Origin: Callorhinchus milii
Taxonomy: Eukaryota
Assembly (NCBI RefSeq): GCF_018977255.1
Contig: NW_024704743.1
Span: 112,284,001-112,348,000, forward strand
Reading direction: 5' to 3'
Length of the DNA: 64,000 nt
Shown in pieces: positions 48,331 to 59,700 of this stretch. The notes under the pieces are model-generated. The model worked only from the letters and a program-made list of their open reading frames with translations. It ran no database searches and was not told where the DNA came from. Numbering within the stretch: position 1 is the stretch's first letter; each line of letters starts with the position of its first letter. The position numbers and the translations under genes were made by a program.

Positions 48331-48944
48331 AACCATCTCTCTCTCTCAATATTATGCAATTTTAACCACGGCAAAATTAGGGCCATGGAATATTTAAGGC
48401 ACTTTGATTCTGACTAATTGATTGAAAAGGTTCATTTGAATGGGTGAATTGACTTATTATAAATTGTCAAACATGTAACTTGTTTACGTAAATCAATTAG
48501 AAGAGAGGAACCATGCCAGACAGAGCAGTTAGGACATTGCACAAAACCAATAAAGATCCTCGACTAAACGACCATAAAACTGAACGTCAAGATTACATCT
48601 ACCTCCAGAAGAATTCAGATATCATCAATCGTCATTTTACTTATTTTCAAATTGATCTAAAAGCCCAAGTGAATGTTTATTGCCTTTCAGTTCTCATATT
48701 TGTAACATTAAATGCACTTTAAGCACTCATTACATGTCTATTAAACTATCTTTCAGAGACGTTTACTGGACAGAGGGCTGGATGAGGTCAGGACAAGGGG
48801 GAAGATTAGTGATCATTGCCCAAGTTCTGAGGTTTGCTGTCCTGATGATTAAAACTGATTGCACACCTTGGTGAACTTAATTATTAATGCCACTTATTAA
48901 ACACAGAAATAAGAGTTACAAATTGAGTTGTACTTTATATACAT

Positions 48945-49500
48945 GTCAGTCTGGCTCAGTTGGAAGCACTCTCGCTTCTCAAGTCAGAAGGTCATGGGTT
49001 CAAGCCCCAAATTAGGACTTTGAGCTAACAGTCTAGGCTGATACTCCAGCACAGTGTTGGGGGTGGACTGCATTGGTGGAGGACTTATCCTTCAGATGAG
49101 ACGTTAAACCACACCTCTGAGTCAGAAGGTTTGGGTTCAAACCCCACGTTAAGACTTTGAACTCACAGTCTAGACCCACAGTCCCGTGTAGTGCTGGGGA
49201 TGGCATTGCACTGCTCGAGATGTTCAGCTGAGTAACCATCTTCCTGCTCAGGTGGATGTTAAAGATCCCTTGGCACTTTTTAAAGAGAAGGGAGTTTATC
49301 CTAGTGCCCTGGCCAACAATCTCCCAATAAACTTAGGACAATCACTTTATGGGCTATTTGTGGGACATTGCCTGTGCACAAATTGGCTGCCATGTTCGCC
49401 TAAAAAATATGCAGTCATTTTACATTTTATATCATATCCTGTGAAGCACTTGGATACATTCTCCTGACATGAAAGGCGCTATATCAATTGTAAGGATTAT
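48945..49500 (+). mobile_element. SacSINE1-like SINE with two tandem head regions
   Basis: Head 1 at 48945-49110, head 2 starting CACCTCTGAGTCAGAAGG at ~49111, followed by a single core and tail. Confidence 0.75.
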
Positions 49501-49704
49501 TAATATGTTAGCTGTACCTATCCGAGTTAGGGCAATGTTATATAAAATGGAAGCAGCAACCGTTGTAAAATGTCTCATAAAATCTATATTGTTTTATACC
49601 CCAGCTAACATTCTCTCTTCCTCTCCCGAAGGTAACTCGCCCATGCTCAAGGTATCGTTCTATGGGTATTTGTCACCTTGACAGCTTACCCAATTAGATA
49701 TTCT

Positions 49705-50057
49705 TAATAATAATAATAATCCATGCATTTGATATAGCGTTTTGCATGTCTTCTGAGGTCTCAAAGCGCTTCACAGAATATACTGTAAAGTGAATTGACT
49801 GTATATTTGTGGGTAAAACACGGCAGCCAATTGTACACAGCAGTGTCCCACAAGCAGTCGTAGATTGAGTGACCAAATTATTATTATTTTTTTGAGGGAT
49901 TACTATCCCCACCAATCGATTAACAACCGGGTTCCTACTGACTGCTAGGTAGACAGAGGTGTGTGGAGTAAGGAAACTTGTCCAACATTTTGCCCTGCTG
50001 AGAATCGAACCCAGGTTTCTCACTTGCAAGGCTCTAACCACTGAACTACAGGACTCC
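49705..50057 (-). mobile_element. SINE (long form) in HNF4G intron 3
   Basis: Consensus from head to tail. Confidence 0.85.
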
Positions 50058-50741
50058 ACAAGGTTGGCCACAAGATATTGGTTGGGCTCAATGACCTATT
50101 TCCATACCATATCACTATGTAATTTTGTACAACGCACTTTTCAATAGAAGTCTCTGGATGTAAAATCCAAAGCAAGAATCCTATCTGCTTACTCCCCATT
50201 ACTAGCTGTGGGACACTGATTCCACATGTACTGCTTCCTCTGCCACCTTGTCAGAGATCAGCTAACTCAGGATGGGGGGGTGGGTGCTGAACTGTATGGC
50301 TCAGCTTGACCTTAGGTAGACAGCTTTACATTATTGAAAGAAAACAGCCAGTTTCAATGCACACTAACATTGACAGCATGTCCTGCAACATTCTAAAGTG
50401 ATAGATTTTCATGTGAATAATTTTCAGAAATCAGAATTTCCTTGTTTCTTTTGTCTGGGAAAATCCACCTATAGAGTTTCTATAAGTTGCAACATTTGAG
50501 AAATTAGTATGGTACATATGTTATTTCTCAACAGGATTCCTTAAATTAATCCAGTCGTGCAAATGAGGACTTCTTCTGGTAACCAGTAGTATGTTACAGA
50601 AAGCACACAGAACTTCACTCTAATCTATTCTATTCTGGAGTGAGCTGACAGGATTTTCATAGGAAAGGAATCCCATTGAGAAATACGGCAAATTAAACCC
50701 AGAGTATGTTTGAACATGGTATCGATCTAACACAGTCTTAC

Positions 50742-50836
50742 CTTCTTTCTTCATGCCAGCTCGAAAACATTTCTTCAACCTGCAATATCTGCACTGGTTC
50801 CGTTTGTCTTTGTCCACAATGCACTGTCGGTTAAAC
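50742..50836 (-). CDS. HNF4G: HNF4 gamma exon 3 (zinc finger 2)
   Basis: [31 protein letters not shown]; acceptor TCAG, donor G|GTAAGA; 95 nt. Confidence 0.97.
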
Positions 50837-51357
50837 CTGAGATTGTAACAAAACAATGAACTAATTGAATACGAACGAGAATAGGAAGAGCAAACCTCTT
50901 ATTTGTAAGCATATGAACTTTAGAGCATTTTCCACTTGTGAAGACTAGTGTGAAATAAATACTGTAAACATAAATTGTGTAATAACATAAGTAATGAAAC
51001 TACTAATCGTGTGTTATTGACTGCCCCGAGGTCAGTTTGCTAAATTAATTCTTACACCCTCAGCTCTCATCCTGGAGACTACTTCAAACCAGTGCAATGT
51101 GGTCATCCGTCACCTACAAAATACACATCACTACATTGTACATCATTACATTTTACATTAAATCCTGTGAAGCATTTTGGAACTGCCTCCATACCAAATA
51201 CAATGATTATTATTAGTAGTATTATTTAAAACAACAATAGAAGCTAAAACATCTCTTCAGTTAAAACCAATTATTCACTCTCCTATTTTCAATCAGAGCC
51301 ACTTGTCTAATGCTACGGTGAGGAGTTGGTAAGTAAAGGATCCATCATGTGGCTTAC

Positions 51358-51529
51358 CTGCAGGAATAGACATGGTTCTTTCTTATGCTTCGTCTGAAGA
51401 AGCCTTTGCATCCATCACAACTGGAGGCACCATAATGTTTTCCTGTTGCTCTGTCCCCGCAGATTGCACACAAAGCACTAATCCCGTTGTCTGGTGTGTT
51501 CATGGTGTTTGTCTCCGCTGGAGAACTCT
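51358..51529 (-). CDS. HNF4G: HNF4 gamma exon 2 (zinc finger 1)
   Basis: [59 protein letters not shown]-box CDGCKG; acceptor CGCAG, donor AG|GTAAGC; 172 nt. Confidence 0.97.
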
Positions 51530-53308
51530 CTGCGAGGGCAAACAACAAACCATCCATCAAGTGATGCTTAGCAGGCAGCATAGACACAAAACTGTGAAAA
51601 AAATCTCCACACAACCAACCAGCCATCATCCAATTGTACCATTTTAATTAGCCTGTGCTCCACTACAAAGGAAACTATTTGAAATTATTATATTTGTATT
51701 CTGATAAGTTTCTTTTGCACTATCAGAAGGAAAAGGATCTAAGGATTCTTTTCCAACATCACTGAGAATTAATTTGAACTACCCTGTTTCTTCTTTGATC
51801 ACACAATGGTAAGATACTCTCACCTCTCAATGTGTACAATGGCAATGTTCTGCAATAAACTCACGTCAAAATCCATAAACACGGTTTTAGCTTCAGCAAA
51901 GAGGGTGACAAAGCAGAAATCTCCTTTGCAAGTAATAAACTTGCCAATTTCAAGTCAGTATCAAAACCGTAATCTGTGTAGCATATTCAGGTTGATTTAG
52001 GAGCATGACAATCAAAAAGTAAATTAAAAGAATATTTGTGGGTTTAATACAAAAGAGAAACAATGTATTATTTTTGTACACATGTCTTCAAGCGTTGACA
52101 ACTTGAAGCAGTAACTATCCAACAGGAATGACTAGGACTGGCACAACACCGAATTATCCTCTGTTTTATGACAAATAACCATAAATGATTTATTAAATGA
52201 TACATCTTGTAGAATTGCCAAGAAACAGTGCTTCATTACCATACAAGCACAAAAGTACAGTAAATGGGAGACGATAAGAATATACAGTCAACTGAAAAGT
52301 ATTAAGGTTGTTTCCTTTGTAAATAGTGTAATGCACTTCTTTAGAAATCACTTAACAACTTTTAATTAGATAGTCACGCTGTAACTTCCCAAGCTGTGCT
52401 GGCAAATCCTTGTTTGGACATTTTACTAAAGTAATCATGATTGATATATTTCCCTCTCCCCCCCCCCCAACTGGCTGGGCTGATGGGGGTTGGGGGGGGG
52501 GGGGAGAGGGAAAAATTGCGGTCCAGAAAGATAACAGATACAGTCAGAGGTACATCTTAAGGTAGTACTCTGAAACTGCGGAGGGGTGGGTGGGAAGGTG
52601 AGCAGAATGACTGAAAGTTCGTCCACCGATGGTGAAGTACTCTCACTTTCTCACACCTGTGCAGATGTGATGACGTGAACTACACAGTTAAACATACATT
52701 GTAAACCATTAAAAATAGTAGTCGACAGTTGAAGCTTCACGTTGACTGATTCATCAGCACAGGATCTAAGTTACCATTAGCTTCTTATCTAAATAACGTC
52801 ACTCCTTTTTTTTTCCGTAGATTTTCATGTGCACCCAGTTGCGTGCAATTTTTAAGCTTTGTAAACAGCCAATCAAAAAAGTCCAAGTCTGGCACATCAA
52901 ACACCTTTTGTTTCCAACGATATTTAATGGATTGAATGAAGATGGATAAATAAATGACATTTCATATCTTAACTTTTATATTGAACATGTCAAAAATGCA
53001 CAGCAATAATAATAATGATGATAAAAAAAAGCAAATGAACCAAGTAATGTGCATCTGCTGATGGGACTCGTTTCAGGGTCTTGACAACTGATTGACAGGC
53101 TGCAAGTAGGCATCATGTTGAAATTTTTTTTAAAACAAGAAAGAACACACGCAATTCGATGAGGCATTCAGCTATGCAATGACTTGTTCAGAGTGCAAAG
53201 AAGCGTTTCACCACTGGCGAACAACTATTTATGCAGTTTCTTGCATTACACTGAACCATTGATCTTGATAAATAAGCAGCGTCTTGCGAGCCAACTGCTG
53301 TAACTTAC

Positions 53309-53423
53309 CGTGAGCATTGCACTGTATTTGCATATTCTCAAACTCCAAAGAGGTGTAGGATGGGTCTAAAGCTTCACTGTAATTAGCCAAGTCCATGTCC
53401 ATCAGTGTTTCAGACAACCGCAT
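53309..53423 (-). CDS. HNF4G: HNF4 gamma coding exon 1 (A/B domain, AF-1-type N-terminus)
   Basis: MRLSETLMDMDLANYSEALDPSYTSLEFENMQIQCNAH; ATG at 53423; 115 nt, phase-1 donor G|GTAAGT. Confidence 0.93.
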
Positions 53424-53760
53424 GATGTCCAAACCCACAGCTATGTCTTATAGTTCCCACTGTGAAATGGTACCGTTCACCAGGTTGCCTTTCACACATT
53501 CATACTCTTGTAATGCCGCTCTCAGTAGACTGACATACTCAGCCTGTATAACTTTATGTGGTGGAATGGGAGGAGTCCCTAGACTCATTCAGTCTAGTTG
53601 TATCAGCCTGTGGTTTGTGGACTGGAGTACCCAAATGAGGTTATGATCTTAGTGGAATTTTTAGTGGATGCTTATCTCAGGAGCTAGTTGTTTTATCATT
53701 TGACATTGAAAATGAGTAATAGATATTGGTTTTCTAATCATATTAAGGTGCTCTGAGAAA
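53424..53760 (-). promoter_or_regulatory. 5'UTR/proximal promoter region of HNF4G exon 1
   Basis: Repeat-free sequence directly upstream of the ATG; minus-strand AGATAA (53672-53677), TGATAA (~53693-53698) and CCAAT (53725-53729); TSS cannot be determined. Confidence 0.45.
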
Positions 53761-54055
53761 AACACTTTGGCGCATTAAAAAAACATTTACATTGGATGAG
53801 AAATTTTAAGTAAAGGGAGGCATTGCCTATGATTAGTTCACGATACCATCCATCAGCTATTGTGTTGGTAGCAGATTTTGAGACTGACTTTTGTTGAGTT
53901 TTGAGAATCCATATGGAGTGAAAAATTATTTTATTTAATAGATTCTAACACGTTGTTAACTTTGTGAAGAAACATAGCAATTTTCCACATGTGTTTAAGG
54001 AGTTATCACTGGTGTGAATCCCCTCCCTCTCCCCTGACTTTCAGACAATAGTTAT

Positions 54056-54772
54056 GGAGTCCTGAGGCATATTGGACCCACAAGCAAGAGGACGGGGTTC
54101 GATTCCCACCCAGCTGGGATGAAACCTTAGGCAAATTTTGTTACTCCACAAGCCTATTTACCTGGCAGTCAGTAGGAACTTGGTTGTGAGTCCATTGGCA
54201 GTTCACTTTTCCAGGCATAATAATCCCTCCAAAAAAATGGATAAATAAGAATTTGGCCACTCAGTGGGACACTGCTGTATGTAATTGGTAGCCGCGTTTT
54301 GCCCATAAAATATACAGTCAATTCACTTTCCGGTTTATTCTGTGACACGTTTTGAGACGGCTCAATGACGGGATTAGGCTCCTTATGTGGAGTCCTGTAG
54401 CTCAGTGGTTAGAGCACTCGCGTCGCAAGTGAGAGACCTGGGTTTGATTCTCGGCAGGGAGAAACGTTGGGCAACTTGCCTTACTCCACATTCCTCTGTT
54501 TACCTAGAAGTAGGACCTCTGTTTTTAGTCGATTGGCGGATCACTCTCTTGGGGGTAATAATTCCTCCAAAAATAAATAAATAGGTCACCCAATCCACGA
54601 CTGTTTGTGGGACGCTGCTGCGCGGATTTGGCTGCTGGGTTTCGCCCACAAAATATACAGTCAATTCACTTTAATGTGAAGCACTTTGAGATGTCTCGAA
54701 GATGTAATAAGGTGCCATATCAGAGGGAAGTATTATTATTATTATATCAAATGCAAGGATTATTACTATTAT
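54056..54772 (+). mobile_element. Two head-to-tail long-form SINEs (54056-54385; 54389-54772)
   Basis: Two GGAGTCCTG heads, each followed by a core; the second has a duplicated tail. Confidence 0.85.
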
Positions 54773-56659
54773 GTCAGAAGCCAGTCCCTGATCTTCAGTG
54801 CTACTCTCTTTGTCTCCGATTAGTGGCCGCCATTGTTGTTTCTAACATCATAGAGCAGATTTGGATGCTGCTTCCCAAGGACCCATTGCACCCCTCTACC
54901 TGCACTACATCCAAGTAGAATGAAGCCCATTTGATCCAGTGAAATGGTCCATTGACATAAAACTGGATCATGACAGATTGTGGAAATGCTAAACATTGAA
55001 GCCTTGTCGGGCGTTGCTGCCAGCAAGAGCCAACATTACAGTTGAAATTAAGAAAAAGTGTGTGGAAAAACAACTTGATACAGTGCAAGTGCTGGCTTCT
55101 TATCACTTTTATTGCATGAACGTTTAATGGTTTAATAACCATTGCTGCATCGTTAGGTATCTCTCCTGGCGACACAGTGTGGCATGTAAGCAGGAAACAG
55201 GAAACCAAAAATAGAAATAGAGATTAAAAAAAACTTACTATGTTTAAATACTCTAGTGAATAACACACTCTAAAGTGTGCGACAGGTCAGTGATACATTG
55301 GAGATTAAAGAATTTTGATAACTGGTTGTACTTCACTCGTGTTTCTGTTACCATCTCAGCCCCCTTAAATTATCACAGCTTTATCGGAGGGGGGTGGGGG
55401 GGCGAAGGAGGATCAGCCGCAGGTCTGACACAGGCAGAAACCCATCACCATGCTTAAAGTATCTGAACCGTACTGAGAATTCTGCCTAAGTAAGACAATT
55501 TCTCTGTGTCTGGAATGGAATCCAATGCTAATAATAATCCTTGCCTTTGATATAGTGCCTTATCACATCTTCGAGATGTCTCAAAGCACTTCACAGAATA
55601 TACTGTAAAGTGAATTGACTGTATGTTTTGTGGGCAAAATGCGGCAGCTAATTTCACACAGCATTGTCCCACTGACATCATTTGCGAGGCAAGTGCTATA
55701 ACCACCGAGCTACAGGAATGTACTCTCCTCAAAAGGACGCACCCTGCTTATCTAATTCAAGAAAGTTTTAGGAGCCAATTGGCAGGAACCAATGTTGGGA
55801 AACCAAAGAGTGCGTGCTGGATTTTAACCAGCTAAAAATGCCTCGCTTGTCGTATTGAGCATTGTCTGGCAGCCTTCCCAGTACTGTCCAGCTAGGATCA
55901 CTCTACCTGTTAGGGCTTGCGTGGTTAAATAGTGACAATTGGGAAGAATCCCTACTCCCAGGGGCTTCCAGTCTGTTCCTTCAAGTCCTACCAAATGAGT
56001 CAGGCTGGCTAGTCTGTGATAATAACAATAATATTAATAATCCTTCCATGTGATATAGAGCCCTTCGTGTCAGGAGCACATCTCAAAGCACAATAGAGGA
56101 TGTACTGTAAAGTATAGCGACTGTGAATTTTGTAGACAAAAGCATCATTAGCAGTGCCGTGGAGTACTGCGAGCCTGCCACAAACATATTTCTAGCCTTT
56201 GAGCGTAACCATACTACTACCGTACTAACCATAGTACCCCACATGTATTTACTTACGCCAAAGGAATTCTCAACGGCTGTTTGTGGAACACTGCTGTGCA
56301 CAGACTGGCTACTATGTTTGCTTTTAAAGTCACTACACTTTGCAGTCTATCCCATGAAGCACTTTTGAGACATTTTCCTGATGTGAAACATGCTATTTGA
56401 AATTATTATTATTTCTATTGCATTTTACCGTACGTTAAACACTGTGATGCCATGACATTTCTAAGTTTCTCCTGCTGCCAACAATCCCCAGATAAAATTG
56501 GTCCTTCATTTCATAGCGGTTTGTGGGACATTGTCGTGTGCAAATTGGTTTCCACATTCATCTACAAATATACTGCACTTTAGAGTAAAATCTTTTGAAG
56601 TGCTTTGAGATACATTGACAATGTAATAAGATGCTATATCAAATGCAAGGATTATTTTT

Positions 56660-57100
56660 ATTATAATACTCATCTTATAAATAGTAAGAAAGAACTTAAA
56701 TTTTTACAGCATCTAATAACATTCTGAAACATCGCAAAGCACTGTGCAGAAATTACTGTCAAATGCAGTGACAATTGTTTGTCAAAACATAACAACCATT
56801 TCACTCACAGTAAAGCCCCACAAACATGCATGAGGTGAATGAATGATTTTATCTGAAGTATTGTTACCAGGAGAAGAGTAGAAAATCTATTCCCTTTTTG
56901 ACTAACATCATTGGATTTTTACCAATGAACTAAAGAACAGGCAAATGGGACTCCATCTTATCTGAACGACAGCACCTCCAACACGCTGCTCTCTGCCACT
57001 GGACTATTAGCTGGGACTATAAAATCGCATTCCAAAGTGGGGTTTTTAATCGACAATCCTCTAACCCAGAGGTGAGAGTCCTACCAATTGAGCCAAGCTG
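56660..57100 (-). mobile_element. Old SacSINE1-like SINE
   Basis: Head CAGCTTGGCTCAATTGGTAGGACTCTCACCTCTGGGTTAGAGG on the minus strand; degenerate core and tail. Confidence 0.7.
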
Positions 57101-57189
57101 ATATCTGTTAATTTTGTCTCTGAGGACAATACCTGTGCATGTGTTTTTTTTAAAATAGCAGTTATAGAACCTATAAGATTCAATACATT

Positions 57190-57686
57190 TGATTCTAGAT
57201 TTACTCAGTTTAATAATGTGATGTTAAAACAGACGTTAAAACCTATGCCTGCCTGTTCAGGTAACGCTAAACATTCTTTGGCACCACTCGAAAAGAGAAG
57301 GATGTTTCTCCAGGCTAACAGTCCCCGAAATAAAACTGGACATTCACTTCAAGGCTGTTTGTAGAACAAATTAGCTACTTATGTTTGTTTTCAAAGTCAC
57401 AACACTTTACAGAGTATCCCACGAAGCACTTTGAGACACTCTTCTGTTGTGAACGTTGCTATTTGAAATGATTATTCTTTATGTCACACTTTAGAGCGTC
57501 CAAAGAAATTGGCAAATTGTTGAATTAAGTTTTACAACTTTGCAATTCTTTTTCTGTAGTTCTTTAAAAGATCTTACAGGAAACCAGTTTCAAAATTAAG
57601 GCTGTAGGAATTTGCCAAAATCCGAATGCTCTGAAACGCTACATAAATAATACATAAAAACCTATACCCAGGTGGAATTTCTCCCC
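57190..57686. mobile_element. Palindromic MITE-like element, interrupted by a SINE fragment (~57215-57480)
   Basis: Inner inverted repeat AGAGCGTCCAAAGAAATTGGCAAATT / AATTTGCCAAAATCCGAATGCTCT; ends CCAGGTGGAATTTCTCCCC. Confidence 0.65.
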
Positions 57687-58411
57687 AACTGTATCAGTAT
57701 GTCCTATCAAGTCAATTCTCATACAGGTCTCCTTTTGCAAACTGATTTTTATGATTTATTCATTATTATTTCCATGTATGGGTGGGATGCATGGAACTCT
57801 CAGTTTGGTTTGAATATTCTTAAACTTCGTGACGGGTTTCTGCACGTTTCAGACACCCGGCTGACCAAAGAGAAATCCTTAAATTTCATTTGGAAAACAA
57901 AAGGATGACAGCTATTGATTCCAAGTATCTTTAGTACTTAACACTCATTTATTGAAAAGTTCTGAATGCTACTTATGCAGCTGAACTTGAGAACGTAAAT
58001 ACATTTTTAAGTCTGACTGGATAATTCCAAAACCACTTTGCACAACTTGCACTAGAGATTGTGAAAAATGCTTTCTTCAGAAAATATAGATAAGACTAGA
58101 GTTGCAATCTACGGTGTCTTATCTGAATTCACCCAGCACTAATACACGAAACCAACAAAACTTGGTATATCTTATCTCTGTAACTATTAAATCTATACAC
58201 ATTTACCATTCAAAGCTCCCCACCCCCCACCACACTCAATTTTAAAACCAACTGCTGAACTAATAAAATGTAATGTCATCCTCAAGGCTACATTCATCAA
58301 AAAAATCTACCAAGAAAGAGACCAGTTCATAATGTTAACAAATGATCACATCTATCTGAATCGCATACAGCCTGTACCAAAAGAATTTGTTTTCTTATTA
58401 CATGTACTGCA

Positions 58412-58518
58412 AGCCAAGTGGACTAGTGCTAGCCAGGTAGTTTAGTGCTAGTTAAGTGGTTCACTGAAGCCCAAGTGGCTACGACTAGCCAAATGGTTTA
58501 CCACTAATCAAATGGTCC
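58412..58518. repeat. Degenerate ~19-bp minisatellite (~6 units)
   Basis: Units resemble AGCCAAGTGGTTTAGTGCT; a further unit occurs at ~59229. Confidence 0.7.
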
Positions 58519-58520
58519 AG

Positions 58521-59220
58521 AATTTTAGAATCATAGATATCTACAGCACAGGAGGTCATTTGGCCCATTGAGTTTGCACCAGTTCTCAGAGCAAGGTGTT
58601 CAAGCACTCCGGAATGCTACCCTGTGTGAGGGGCGCTATATAAATCTAAATTGTTGTTTATTCATCCCACTGACCTGCCTTATCCCCAAATCAGTCATCC
58701 AGAAACCAGATACCAATTATTAGTCGATTGGCAGATCATTTTTCTGCGAGCAACAATTCCGTAAAAAAATGTTTTTTTTAAATTGGTCACTCAATCTACG
58801 ACTGTTTGTGGGACACTGCTGTGAGCAATTGGCTGCCGCATTTTGCCCACAAAATATACAGTCAATTCACTATACAGGATATTCTGTGAAGCATTTTGAG
58901 ACGACTCGAAGACATGATAAGGCGTTATATCAAATGCAAGGATTATTATTATTGTATTAATATTATAATCCCTTTCAAGCCCCTAGCTTTCATATACCTG
59001 TCTACTTCCCTCTTCAAACCCACACCGGCCTCTGCCTCTACTACCTTATTTGGCAGAGCATTTCACATCCCAGTGATTCCCTGAGTGAAATAAATTCTCC
59101 CAAACTCCCCTTTCACTCTTCCTTTGATTAGCTTATAACTATGGCTCTGAGTCACTGACTCCCCGACCAGTGGAAATAGCTTATCCCTATTCACCCTGTC
59201 AAAACCCCTCAGAATTTTAT
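58521..59220 (-). mobile_element. CR1 3' fragment carrying an L2 tail (~58595-58660, +) and a SINE (~58715-58955, +)
   Basis: CR1 terminus AGAATCATAGA...CAGCACAGGAGG; CR1 sequence resumes after each insert. Confidence 0.75.
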
Positions 59221-59481
59221 GTAACTACTGCTAGCCAAATGGCATTCAAAAATATATTCACAATAATGCACAAATGAACTGTAATGCATGGAGTTGTCAA
59301 CACACATATCGTAGTGCACATCAAAGTGAGTGAAACTCATTAGCATGAGTGCATTACCCCTCTATATATGCATCAGCGCACTCATTTTAACTGACATGTT
59401 CTATAAGAACAAAAAGCAACTGTAATCATATTGACTTAGTCTGTCAATGTAGATTAAGGCACTGGTCTGTGCTTGACATAT

Positions 59482-59700
59482 GGGGGGATATTCCACCTGG
59501 ATCTAGATTTACTCAGTTCAGAGTGTCCAGAATTTAGCAAATTTTTTAAATACGGTCTCATTTTTGGATCCATTTTCTCACACATTTCTTTTTAAGAACT
59601 ACAGAAAAGCAACTTCAAAGTTGAAACTGAATTCAACAATTTGCCAAATTCTGGACTCTGAAATGCTACATTGTAGACTTTCTCTCCAGTAATATCCTTC
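59482..59700. mobile_element. Palindromic MITE-like element (second copy, opposite orientation)
   Basis: Begins GGGGGGATATTCCACCTGG; inverted repeat TTCAGAGTGTCCAGAATTTAGCAAATT (59517) / AATTTGCCAAATTCTGGACTCTGAA (ends 59662). Confidence 0.7.

Noticed and set aside
37461..53423. Assignment as HNF4A or HNF4B
   Set aside because: RRSIRK in the DBD, the 172-nt exon 2 and 153-nt exon 7, and the F domain (HLHHPxHPHLxQDPxTGQTIL; PPQGSGQEQYK) all fit HNF4G
58412..58518. CRISPR-like array
   Set aside because: Abutting degenerate units with no spacers, in vertebrate DNA with no cas genes
57190..59700. Invertible segment (flanks direct, core inverted between the two copies)
   Set aside because: The apparent flanks are part of the long TIRs of a palindromic element; opposite insertion orientation explains the pattern
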